Source: Sumerlaeia bacterium (GTDB taxonomy: Bacteria; Sumerlaeota; Sumerlaeia; SLMS01; JAHLLQ01). From it: 64,000 bases of DNA. The notes under the pieces are model-generated. The model had not been told where the DNA came from and did not search any database. It saw only the letters and a program-made list of their open reading frames with translations. The number at the start of each line of letters is the position of its first letter. Position 1 is the stretch's first letter. Below are positions 27,564 to 36,169 of the stretch, one piece after another. A program made the position numbers and the translations under genes. The DNA lies in NCBI GenBank assembly GCA_040219255.1, contig JAVJSW010000056.1:32001-96000 (forward strand), given 5' to 3'.

Positions 27564-28301
27564 ATGGCGGCACGGACTCCTCAGCAGACCTACTACATCG
27601 TTCTCCCGCCCCAGGCGGAGGAATTCACCGGTCCGATGCGCCCCCTGTCCCGCCTGATCGAGAAGGACGAGGCCGAACTGGCCGCCATCCTCGCCTCGCG
27701 CACTTACCACGTCATTCGCCGCTTCGCCAAGAAACCCAACGCCGAAGGCCTGCACAGCCAGCTTCACGCCCTCGGCGTTGAGAGCTTCATCGTCTCCGAC
27801 ACGGAACTCAACGGCGCCCTGATTATCTGGGCGGAAAGCGCCAACTACGGCGCTGGAGGCATGGCGGTGAAAGACTTCGGTGGCCAGCCCCTCTACTGCC
27901 CCTTCGAAGACCTGATCTGCGTCACCGTCGGCACCGTCGGGCGAGAGGACGGCACCACCACCCAACTCCTCGACTTCCATCGCCGCTCCACCCCTATCAC
28001 CCCCCGCATCGATGTGGCCCTCTTCGATTTCGCCTCTTTCCTGAGCACCGACGAAGCCACCGCCGACGACCTCTGCGAGGAGCTGGAGGCCGTCTCCGGC
28101 GCCACCATCGACCGCACCTTCGACGCTTTGCCGGAAGACACCGCCCATTGCGCCCAGGCCGTGGCCACCTACCCCAGCAATTACCCGCCGCCGGACGAAC
28201 GCCTGCCCGCCCCCTACGACCACAAGGACGCGCGCGCCTTCGACGTGTACGGCTTCATCAAGCGCGCCCACCTGTTGACGCAGGCCGCCAAGGAAGACTG
28301 A
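27564..28301 (+). CDS. Hypothetical protein
   Basis: Strong GC3 coding bias; ends 6 bp before the exonuclease gene; start at MAARTPQQ. Confidence 0.7.
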   Translation: MAARTPQQTYYIVLPPQAEEFTGPMRPLSRLIEKDEAELAAILASRTYHVIRRFAKKPNAEGLHSQLHALGVESFIVSDTELNGALIIWAESANYGAGGMAVKDFGGQPLYCPFEDLICVTVGTVGREDGTTTQLLDFHRRSTPITPRIDVALFDFASFLSTDEATADDLCEELEAVSGATIDRTFDALPEDTAHCAQAVATYPSNYPPPDERLPAPYDHKDARAFDVYGFIKRAHLLTQAAKED

Positions 28302-28307
28302 TTTTTC

Positions 28308-28877
28308 ATGAAGCCGCTGCTCATCGTGGACCTGGAAGCGACCTGCCACGAAGGCAAAGCCCCCGCCGGATTCTTCAGCGAAGTCATCGAAATCGGCGCC
28401 CTGGTTCTCGACCCCCGCACGCGCGAAGTCCGGGCGGAATTCCAGCGCTTCGTGCGGCCCGAGTTCTCACCCCACCTCACCCCCTTCTGCACCGAACTGA
28501 CCACCATCACCCAGGATCAGGTCGATGGCGGTTGCCCCTTCGCCGAGGCCCTCGCGGCCCTCGTCGCCTTCGGCGAAGCCCACGGCAGCGCGGTATTCAG
28601 TTCCTGGGGCTTCTATGACCGCAAACAGCTCGAGGCCGAGTGCGAGCGCAAAGGCGTGGTCTATCCTTTCGGCGACCGCCACATCAGCCTCAAACACAAC
28701 CACGCCAAGTTCCTCGGCCTCGCCCGTCCCATGGGCATGGCGGGAGCGCTGAGGAACTACGGCCTGGAACTCGAAGGCATCCACCACCGGGGCATCGACG
28801 ACGTCCGCAACATCGCCCGCATCGTGTCGCGGATGCTGGACGATGGGTGGACGCACCGATTGCTGGGCGGGGAGTAG
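28308..28877 (+). CDS. DEDDh 3'-5' exonuclease (ERI-1/KapD-like)
   Basis: VDLEATC, EVIEIGA, FCTELTTITQ, SWGFYD, HHRGIDDVRN. Confidence 0.9.
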   Translation: MKPLLIVDLEATCHEGKAPAGFFSEVIEIGALVLDPRTREVRAEFQRFVRPEFSPHLTPFCTELTTITQDQVDGGCPFAEALAALVAFGEAHGSAVFSSWGFYDRKQLEAECERKGVVYPFGDRHISLKHNHAKFLGLARPMGMAGALRNYGLELEGIHHRGIDDVRNIARIVSRMLDDGWTHRLLGGE

Positions 28878-28880
28878 GGG

Positions 28881-30950
28881 CTACTTCTCCTGAAAGGCCG
28901 ATTCCTGGGCCTGGAGCCGCCGGCGTTTCAGGTGATCCTGGCTGGGGGCCATTTTCACCTCGTCCTTGGGCACGCTCGCCGCGCCCAGAATCCGGGCCAA
29001 CGTCGCCGAGACAGCGCCGTCCTTGTCGTCGTCGAAGGCTCCATGGCTCGTCGCCTGCGAGGCGTCGCGGCTTCGCTTCGGCTCCTTGTTCGGCGACGTG
29101 ATGACGCTGACTTTGCCACTGCGGATGAACGCCTTGAGGCCGGAGTCTTTCTCAACGTAACGCATCATGCCCAAGAGCGGGGTGCGGCGGCTCTTCTCGC
29201 AGGCGTTCGAGACGAGATAGAGAAGCGACTTGTTGTAGATTCTCGAACAATGATCGTCCTGTTCCGCGTCGTCGGTCAGGTTGAACAGCGTCAGGTGCTC
29301 GATCTGGCCGCTTCGCAGCAGAGGCGCGTAGGTTTCGTGGAAAAGCTCGATCGTGCAGGCGGCGGCCCACAGAGTCACGCTCTTGACGGGGATGCCGAGT
29401 CCGGTCTTCCCGCGCAGCGGTCCCTTGCCGATACGGCCCTCGGTCGCCAGGTATGAGACGAACGGCCCCATGAAGACCGAACCGGCGCTGTGGCCGGCGA
29501 TGTGAACTTCATAGGACGCGTCCTGATTCACCAACTTGGCGAACTCGTCGAGGAAGAAGCGGGCACCGCCGCTCTCCAGGCTCGTGGCGCGAATGGCGTT
29601 TTCCTTCATCTCGCCCCAGACTTGCTCGCCCCCCAGGTTTTTCGCCACCGGTTCGAGGAAATCGTCGAACCGGTCGATCATGAAGTCCCAGGCTCCGCTC
29701 AGGAACCCTTCCGGCCGGCGCCGGCTAAAGGCGTCTTGCAAGATGTTTGTAATGGTGGTCCAGAAATCCGACTTCCAGATGAAACTGAGCGGATAGACTT
29801 CGTTCTTCAGCAGCGCCTGGCGGTACTCCGCGACACGCTCGATGGCTGATTTCTCGGAAACGAGGCCTCCGTGCGCGTAGAAGAGGAGGCGCTTCTTCGT
29901 CCAGTTGCCGGTGGCCTGCGGCAGCGACTGGCTCACCAGGTTGCGCACTTCCGCCTCCCCGGTGCCGAACTGGCCGCCTTGGCGCAACCTTCCGTCGTTG
30001 CCGATGCTGACGATGTGAGGCGCCAACTCGGCGGTCGAGTACCCCTCCGTCGTTCCGCCTGCGGTCGTCATCAGCCGAGCCACCGACAGCGGCCGTTCCA
30101 GCTTCACGAAAACACCCATGCGAGCGACCCATGCGTCCATCGCGTTCGCCAGCCAATCGTCGTACGTCAGCAGCGCGTAACCGCCCCCGCCCCAGGCCTT
30201 GCCCCAAGAGTTCTGAATCCAGAAGCCTTCGCTGGTATAGCCGACGATCACATAGGCGTGGGCGCCGATGATCTGCTCATGAGGTTGGATCTTCGAGTTG
30301 TCTGCGCTGACTTGGTTCCAGCCGCGATGCACCGAACTGGTGGCGTAGATGGAGCCGGTTTCCGCGATGGCGCAGTGCATCGCTACCAGGTCCTGATGCG
30401 GCACACGGAAGTACGCGCCGAGCGGTCGCCGGGCGGCGTCCTGCGCCCTCGCGGCGCTCAGCGTATTGTCCGCGGCGTCGGCTTCCCAGAGGTCTTTGCG
30501 GCAGACCCCGTGCTTCTGCCACCCCTTCATGGCGCCTCTGGCGCTCGATCCTTCGTAGTCCTCGCCCTGCCATTCGTCGTAGCGACGGGCCATTTCGTAA
30601 AGCATCCTGGGACTGACGTGCTCAGCGTCGGGGCGCGGCAACCGGGTCCGCATTTGCTGATGAACCACCGTTGCCAGGGCGAATCCGGTGCAGGCGCCCT
30701 CCGTTCCCTGGTCCAGGATCGGGACATTGTGCGCTTTCCACAGGGGCAGGTCGATTTCCGACGGCACATGCACGAGCGAGCGCTCAAAAAGCCGGTCGCG
30801 GAAATCGAGCGTATCCGGCACGACGTTCATCATACGCTCGACCGGCGGGGCGGAGGGCGAATCGCCCGCCGAATTCTTGCCGCGAGAGGCCGCCGGTTTG
30901 GCGTCCTTTCCGCCGCGGGACTTCTTAACGGAGGGCTTCTTCGCCGCCAT
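28881..30950 (-). CDS. C1 (papain-like) peptidase fused to an alpha/beta-hydrolase-like domain
   Basis: DQGTEGACTGFA, GAHAYVIVGY, QNSWG; C-terminal YAHGGL and GHSAG (GxSxG). Confidence 0.85.
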   Translation of the reverse strand: MAAKKPSVKKSRGGKDAKPAASRGKNSAGDSPSAPPVERMMNVVPDTLDFRDRLFERSLVHVPSEIDLPLWKAHNVPILDQGTEGACTGFALATVVHQQMRTRLPRPDAEHVSPRMLYEMARRYDEWQGEDYEGSSARGAMKGWQKHGVCRKDLWEADAADNTLSAARAQDAARRPLGAYFRVPHQDLVAMHCAIAETGSIYATSSVHRGWNQVSADNSKIQPHEQIIGAHAYVIVGYTSEGFWIQNSWGKAWGGGGYALLTYDDWLANAMDAWVARMGVFVKLERPLSVARLMTTAGGTTEGYSTAELAPHIVSIGNDGRLRQGGQFGTGEAEVRNLVSQSLPQATGNWTKKRLLFYAHGGLVSEKSAIERVAEYRQALLKNEVYPLSFIWKSDFWTTITNILQDAFSRRRPEGFLSGAWDFMIDRFDDFLEPVAKNLGGEQVWGEMKENAIRATSLESGGARFFLDEFAKLVNQDASYEVHIAGHSAGSVFMGPFVSYLATEGRIGKGPLRGKTGLGIPVKSVTLWAAACTIELFHETYAPLLRSGQIEHLTLFNLTDDAEQDDHCSRIYNKSLLYLVSNACEKSRRTPLLGMMRYVEKDSGLKAFIRSGKVSVITSPNKEPKRSRDASQATSHGAFDDDKDGAVSATLARILGAASVPKDEVKMAPSQDHLKRRRLQAQESAFQEK

Positions 30951-31140
30951 AGGGGGACTCCTGGGAAGACTTCGGTCCACCCGGATTCATTCCCCCCGTC
31001 AGGAGGTCACAGGAACGGCTGGACGCGAGACTCGATTGACTGAAAAAACTTGGATCAGTCTTGCTTTGTCCGCATGGCTCGGGCAACAGAAATTCTTCGC
31101 GAATGAAGGCGATTCTTCGGATTGTGAGACTGTTAGCGAA

Positions 31141-32763
31141 CTATGGCTGTCCAGAAGCCAGTCGTCTCGCCGCTTCTTCGGCCTTGAGCCTTGGAATGTG
31201 GCTATCGGCCACCTCGCGGACGAACTCGAAGGCCACCAGTTCCTCCGTCTCGATCAACAGCCGCGTGGCTCGTTCGTAGTCATCGACTTCATCGCGGCGG
31301 CTTTCCTTGGTGATATAGATGCCGCGCAACCCCGATCGGGCCAGTTCGTGATCGAAGAGCATCACTTCGTCGCCGCTGAAATCGTCGCCATCGCCTTCCT
31401 TCAGCGCCGGGATCGCGCGCCCGGCATAGAATTGGACGGTGGTGCGGGCGTCGCCAAAGGTGAAATAGGGCCGCACACTAGGGTCGGCGAGCAGGCCCGA
31501 CGCGGCCAACCGCTCGCCAAAGTCCTTGTAAGTCCGGTTGTAGAGCCGGGCGGCCGGATCCGCGGTCATCAGGACGAGGCCAAGCACCCAGACCGCCCCC
31601 GCGCCGAGGAGCAACCGGCGCCGGCCCGGGCTCTGGCGTTGGAACCAGGGCCAGCGCTCGTCCACCGCGATTTTTCCCATGGCCAGGCAGAGCGGCACGA
31701 ACAGCGGCGCCACGTAGAGCGGCAGGCGGCTCTTCGACAGCAGAAAGACCGTGAGCGGCAGCACGAACCAGAATAGCGAAAAGACCTGCCAGGGGGCCAG
31801 ACCCCGTAGCCGCGTGCCGAGGCCGGTGCCGGATTTGTGGCTCCAGATCTTTCGCGCCAGCCGGGGCCACAGCACGGACCACGGCCCCAGCCCCAGCGCC
31901 AGTACCGCCAGGTAAATCCACGGCGGGTTGTTGCGGTCGTGCTCGTCGGTCAGCACGCGGTCGCGCAACTCATCGCCCAGGAAATAGCCGAGGGTCGCGT
32001 GGCCCTCCTGAATCACCATCAGGTACCAGGAAAACGACAGCAGCAGAAAGAGCGGCAAATAGACGAGTGTAATGGGGTGAAAGAACAGGCGCCCGCGGAG
32101 GGAGGTGTTGCGGCCGCTCGCCGCCCAGTACGCGATCAACGCCAGGATCGGCAGCCAGGACGGCGGGCCCTTGGTCAGGAAGGCCAGGGCGAAGGCGAGC
32201 CAGAAGACGCCGCGCCAGAGCCCGGCGCGGCGGGCGCCGCTCCACACGCCCCAGGCGCCCAGCACTCCAAGCGTTTCGAAAAAAACCAGCAGCCCATCGG
32301 TCGTCAACACGCGGCCCGTGGCGAAAGGCATCACCGCCGTCGCATAGACCAGACAAGCGGCCAGAGCCTGCGACCGGCGAAATCCCCACATCCGCCCCAG
32401 CAGAAAAACGCAGCCGATGGTTCCGAGGAACGCCAGCGCATGGGCGAAGCGGGCGCCGTAAGCGTTCACCCCGAAGATCGCCATGCCGCCGTTGATCGCC
32501 CAGTAGGTCAGGGCCGGTTTGGTCAAGTGGGGCTGGCCGGAAATCGCGGGCACGAGCCAGTTGCCCCGCTCGTCCACGCCGTCGCCGGGGGTCTTGGCGG
32601 CGAACATTTCGCGGGCGGCTTCCGCATAGCGCCCCTCGCTGGTTTCGCTGATGGGACGGCCGCCCCAAAAGGCGAAGGCGAGGAAAAGAAAAAAGGCAGC
32701 CCATAGCCAATTTGTCCGGCTTTGGGCATTTCCCTTGCTTCTATTACGGGTCGATTCGTCCAT
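31141..32763 (-). CDS. ArnT-like (GT-C) membrane glycosyltransferase
   Basis: SEGRYAEAAREM, HLTKPALTYW, LTKGP, SKSRLPLY; multiple TM segments. Confidence 0.88.
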   Translation of the reverse strand: MDESTRNRSKGNAQSRTNWLWAAFFLFLAFAFWGGRPISETSEGRYAEAAREMFAAKTPGDGVDERGNWLVPAISGQPHLTKPALTYWAINGGMAIFGVNAYGARFAHALAFLGTIGCVFLLGRMWGFRRSQALAACLVYATAVMPFATGRVLTTDGLLVFFETLGVLGAWGVWSGARRAGLWRGVFWLAFALAFLTKGPPSWLPILALIAYWAASGRNTSLRGRLFFHPITLVYLPLFLLLSFSWYLMVIQEGHATLGYFLGDELRDRVLTDEHDRNNPPWIYLAVLALGLGPWSVLWPRLARKIWSHKSGTGLGTRLRGLAPWQVFSLFWFVLPLTVFLLSKSRLPLYVAPLFVPLCLAMGKIAVDERWPWFQRQSPGRRRLLLGAGAVWVLGLVLMTADPAARLYNRTYKDFGERLAASGLLADPSVRPYFTFGDARTTVQFYAGRAIPALKEGDGDDFSGDEVMLFDHELARSGLRGIYITKESRRDEVDDYERATRLLIETEELVAFEFVREVADSHIPRLKAEEAARRLASGQP

Positions 32764-32957
32764 TTTCTTCCAGGTCTACTCGTGACGCGTTCGATTTTAT
32801 GTAAGTGATTGATTAGCGGCCACTCAAAAGGGCCCGCCTTCTCCTTGCAAGGAGGGGCAGGAGTTTGCTCCTATCGGTCTAACAGATGCAACGCCAAGCC
32901 ATGTCGACCCAGGATCGCACCGCCACTTTCCCCTCATCCTGAACGGAGCCTCCGCCC

Positions 32958-35078
32958 ATGCTCAAGGCCCAAACTCAAGCGCCCGCGCACTCCATCACCT
33001 CCGCGGAGGCTCTCGCGCTCTACCGAACGATGGTCACGTCGAGGTGTTTGGATGACGCGGAAATCACCCTGAAGAAGCGCAACCAGGCGTATTTTCAAAT
33101 CAGTTCCGCGGGCCACGAAGCGATCCAGACGGCCCTGGCCCACGTTCTCGATCCCACCCGCGACTGGTTCTTTTTGTACTATCGCGATCGGGCCTTCGCG
33201 TTGCATTTGGGCACCACGCCGCTCGACATGCTGCTCCAGGCCGTTGGCGCCGCCGACGATCCGGCGAGCGCTGGGCGTCAAATGCCCTGCCATTTCTCCA
33301 TGCCCGACAAAAATCTCGTCACCGTCTCCAGCGTCACTGGCAGCCGTTGCAACCACGCCGTCGGCGCCGCCGAAGCTGGCCGCATCTGGAAGAAGCTGGC
33401 CGCTGGCGCCAATCACTTCCAGGACGGTGAAGTGGTCCTCATGACCCTCGGCGACGGCACCACCCATCAGGGCGAATTCCAGGAAGCCATCTGGAGTGCC
33501 TGCATCCAGAACCTGCCCCTCCTCACCGTCGTCGAGGACAACGGCTACGCCATCTCCACCCCCGTCGAGGACAACGTGCCCGGCGGCGACATCGCCCGCG
33601 CCATGCAGGGCATGCCGAACCTGACGACCCTGACCATCGATGGCACGGACGTCATCGGCTGCGTCGAGCAATTGCGCGCTCTCGTGGCGAAAATGCGATC
33701 TGGCATTTACGGCCCCGTCCTTGTCCGCGCCACCACGGTGCGGCCCTACAGCCACTCCCTCTCCGACGACCAGCGCAACTACCGCGTCGCCCAGGAAATC
33801 GCCGAGGAGGCGAGCCGCTGTCCGCTTCTGGTGGCCGAGCGCCGCCTCCTCGAAAGCGGTCTCGTCACCGCCGAAGAATTGCAAGAAGCCCGCCGCGAAG
33901 TCGAACGCGAGGTGCGCCACGCCATGTCCGCCGCCGTCGAGGCCCCCAAACCGGACCCGGACACCGCCACCGATCACCTCTACGCCACCGAGAACAGCCC
34001 CCTCGACGAAGAACTCTACGGCAAGCACCTGCCCATCGAGGAGCCCGGCGCCGAGCCCATTCCCCTGGCCAAAGCCATCAACCAGACGCTGCACGACGAA
34101 ATGGAGCGCGACGAGCGCATCGTCGTTTTCGGCCAGGATGTCGCCGACGCCTCGCGCGAGGAAGCGCTGGCCACCTGCAACGGCAAGGGCGGTGTTTTCA
34201 AAGTCACCGCCGGGCTGACCAAGCGCTTCGGTAAGCACCGCTGCTTCAACGGCTCCCTCGCCGAAGCCAACATCGTCGGCCGCGCCATCGGCATGGCGGC
34301 GCGGGGCCTGCGCCCCGTGGTCGAGGTCCAGTTCTTCGACTACATCTGGACGGCGATGCAGCAGCTCCGCCTGGAAATGGCCACCATGCGCTATCGCAGC
34401 GGCGGCGCCTGGACCGCCCCGGTGGTGGTCCGCGTCCCCATCGGCGGCTACCTGCGCGGCGGCTCGATCTACCACAGCCAAACCGGCGAAGGCATCTTCA
34501 CCCAATGCCCCGGCCTGCGCATCGCCTACCCCAGCAACGCCCAGGACGCCGCCGGCCTCCTGCGCACCGCCATCCGCTGCGACGATCCGGTGCTGTTCCT
34601 CGAGCCTAAGCACCTGTACTATCAGACCTACAACCGCACCCCCTACCCCGGCGCGGAGTACACGCTGCCCTTCGGCAAGGCCGCCACCCGCCGCCAAGGC
34701 CGCGACATCACCATCGTCACCTGGGGCGCTCTGGTCCAGAAAAGCCTGGAAGCCGCCGAACGGCTCGCCCGCGAAGACGGCTACGAAGCCGAAGTCATCG
34801 ATATCCGCACCCTCAATCCCCTCGACGAAGACACCATCTTCGAGAGCGTCCGCCGCACCCACCGCGTCGTCATCGCCTGCGAAGAAGGCCTGACCGGCGG
34901 GTTCGCGGGAGAAATCGCGGCGCTGATTTCCGAGCACTGCTTCGAATGGCTCGACGCCCCCATTCGCCGCGTCGCCAGCCTGCCCTGCTGGGTAGCCTAC
35001 TCGCCGGTTCTCGAGGACCGCATCCTCCCCCAAACCGACGATGTCTTCACGAGCATCCGGGACCTGGTGCGCTACTGA
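32958..35078 (+). CDS. 2-oxoacid dehydrogenase E1, fused alpha/beta (branched-chain type likely)
   Basis: AGHEA, YYRDR, GRQMPCH, GDGTT..GEF, DNGYAIS, SHSLSDD; beta half with GQDVAD, EVQFFDY, YHSQ, FLEPKHLY. Confidence 0.93.
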   Translation: MLKAQTQAPAHSITSAEALALYRTMVTSRCLDDAEITLKKRNQAYFQISSAGHEAIQTALAHVLDPTRDWFFLYYRDRAFALHLGTTPLDMLLQAVGAADDPASAGRQMPCHFSMPDKNLVTVSSVTGSRCNHAVGAAEAGRIWKKLAAGANHFQDGEVVLMTLGDGTTHQGEFQEAIWSACIQNLPLLTVVEDNGYAISTPVEDNVPGGDIARAMQGMPNLTTLTIDGTDVIGCVEQLRALVAKMRSGIYGPVLVRATTVRPYSHSLSDDQRNYRVAQEIAEEASRCPLLVAERRLLESGLVTAEELQEARREVEREVRHAMSAAVEAPKPDPDTATDHLYATENSPLDEELYGKHLPIEEPGAEPIPLAKAINQTLHDEMERDERIVVFGQDVADASREEALATCNGKGGVFKVTAGLTKRFGKHRCFNGSLAEANIVGRAIGMAARGLRPVVEVQFFDYIWTAMQQLRLEMATMRYRSGGAWTAPVVVRVPIGGYLRGGSIYHSQTGEGIFTQCPGLRIAYPSNAQDAAGLLRTAIRCDDPVLFLEPKHLYYQTYNRTPYPGAEYTLPFGKAATRRQGRDITIVTWGALVQKSLEAAERLAREDGYEAEVIDIRTLNPLDEDTIFESVRRTHRVVIACEEGLTGGFAGEIAALISEHCFEWLDAPIRRVASLPCWVAYSPVLEDRILPQTDDVFTSIRDLVRY

Positions 35079-35136
35079 CGCCCCTCGCCCGTTCCCGCGG
35101 GCGAAGCGCCGCCGCTGACGCAATGAAAGCGGACTC

Positions 35137-36093
35137 TCAGTAGGAGGGCGTGAAGTCCTCGAATCGCTTCAGCAACTCCCTGTCCCCCACCGCCGGACGG
35201 CCGAGGCGGCGGCGGTGCCTCAGCACCCGAGGCAGACGACGCAGCGCCCCGAAAAACCCGCGCGTCAGGCGCCTGGGGTTGCCCCGCGTCCATTCCTGGG
35301 CCACCGACACCGGCAGTCGTAACCCATGGTTCATCAACAGTCCAGGGTCCGTCAGGTTCGCCCACTCGAACAGCAGATGGTTGCGCGCCTTCATCGCCTC
35401 CACGGCCTCGCGGCCATAACGCTTCGTCATCGACCCGCCGCCGATATGCAGCGCCACCGCCTCTGGGTCGTAAAGGCTGCGGTAGCCTGCCTTGGCCGCG
35501 CGGTAGCTCAGGTCGTAGTCCTCCCAGTAGCCCGGCTCGAACAGCCGCGCCAGCCCGCCCAGCCGCAGAAACAGCGCCCGGTCGTAGGCCGCCGCACCGG
35601 CCTGAACGAACAGGCATTCCGCCGCCCGCTCTGGCGTGCGATAGGCTGGCGTCACCCGGCCGCCGCGCCACACGGCGCCCATGCAGACCTGGTTCGGGGC
35701 GCCATCGTACCAGTCCATCGTGCGGGCGCTGACGGCGAAGAGAGGCGCTTCGCCTGCGTCCTCGAAAAACCACCGCGTCAGGTTGCCGATAAACGGCTCC
35801 TTCGCGCTCAGGTCGTTGTTGCAGAGCACCACCACACGCCCCCGCGCCGCGGAGACGCCGCGCATCACCGTGACCGCGAAGCCCCGGTTCCGCGGCGTTT
35901 TCACCAGCCGCACGCGAGGGAATCGCTCTCGGATCAGGGCCACCGACTCGTCCGTGCTGGCGTCGTCCACGCAGATCAGCTCGCAGGAGCGCCCGCTCGC
36001 CCGCGCCGAGAGCTGCAAGCTGCTCAGGCACCGCGCGATCACGTCGGCGCCCTGCCAATTGGCGACGACGATGGAGACATCCGGATCGGACAA
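35137..36093 (-). CDS. GT2 glycosyltransferase
   Basis: VSIVVANW, VDDASTD, NRGFA, LCNND, YWEDYDLSYR. Confidence 0.92.
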   Translation of the reverse strand: MSDPDVSIVVANWQGADVIARCLSSLQLSARASGRSCELICVDDASTDESVALIRERFPRVRLVKTPRNRGFAVTVMRGVSAARGRVVVLCNNDLSAKEPFIGNLTRWFFEDAGEAPLFAVSARTMDWYDGAPNQVCMGAVWRGGRVTPAYRTPERAAECLFVQAGAAAYDRALFLRLGGLARLFEPGYWEDYDLSYRAAKAGYRSLYDPEAVALHIGGGSMTKRYGREAVEAMKARNHLLFEWANLTDPGLLMNHGLRLPVSVAQEWTRGNPRRLTRGFFGALRRLPRVLRHRRRLGRPAVGDRELLKRFEDFTPSY

Positions 36094-36098
36094 GGTTT

Positions 36099-36168
36099 TA
36101 GCCGCCGATAAATAGGAGAAATGGGATTTTGATTCTTATCTTATTCATCTGCATCCATCTGCGGCCAA
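36099..36168. repeat. Inverted-repeat mini-element, family B
   Basis: TAGCCGCCGATAAATAGGAGAAATGGGAT ... ATCTTATTCATCTGCATCCATCTGCGGCCAA; same arms as the copy at 49359-49488. Confidence 0.65.
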
Positions 36169-36169
36169 A

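Noticed and set aside
32934-35123. 729-aa minus-strand ORF, and similar long antisense ORFs (12253..14022, 21939..23546, 43451..45418, 51080..52804, 60027..61814)
   Set aside because: Antisense shadows of motif-supported genes.
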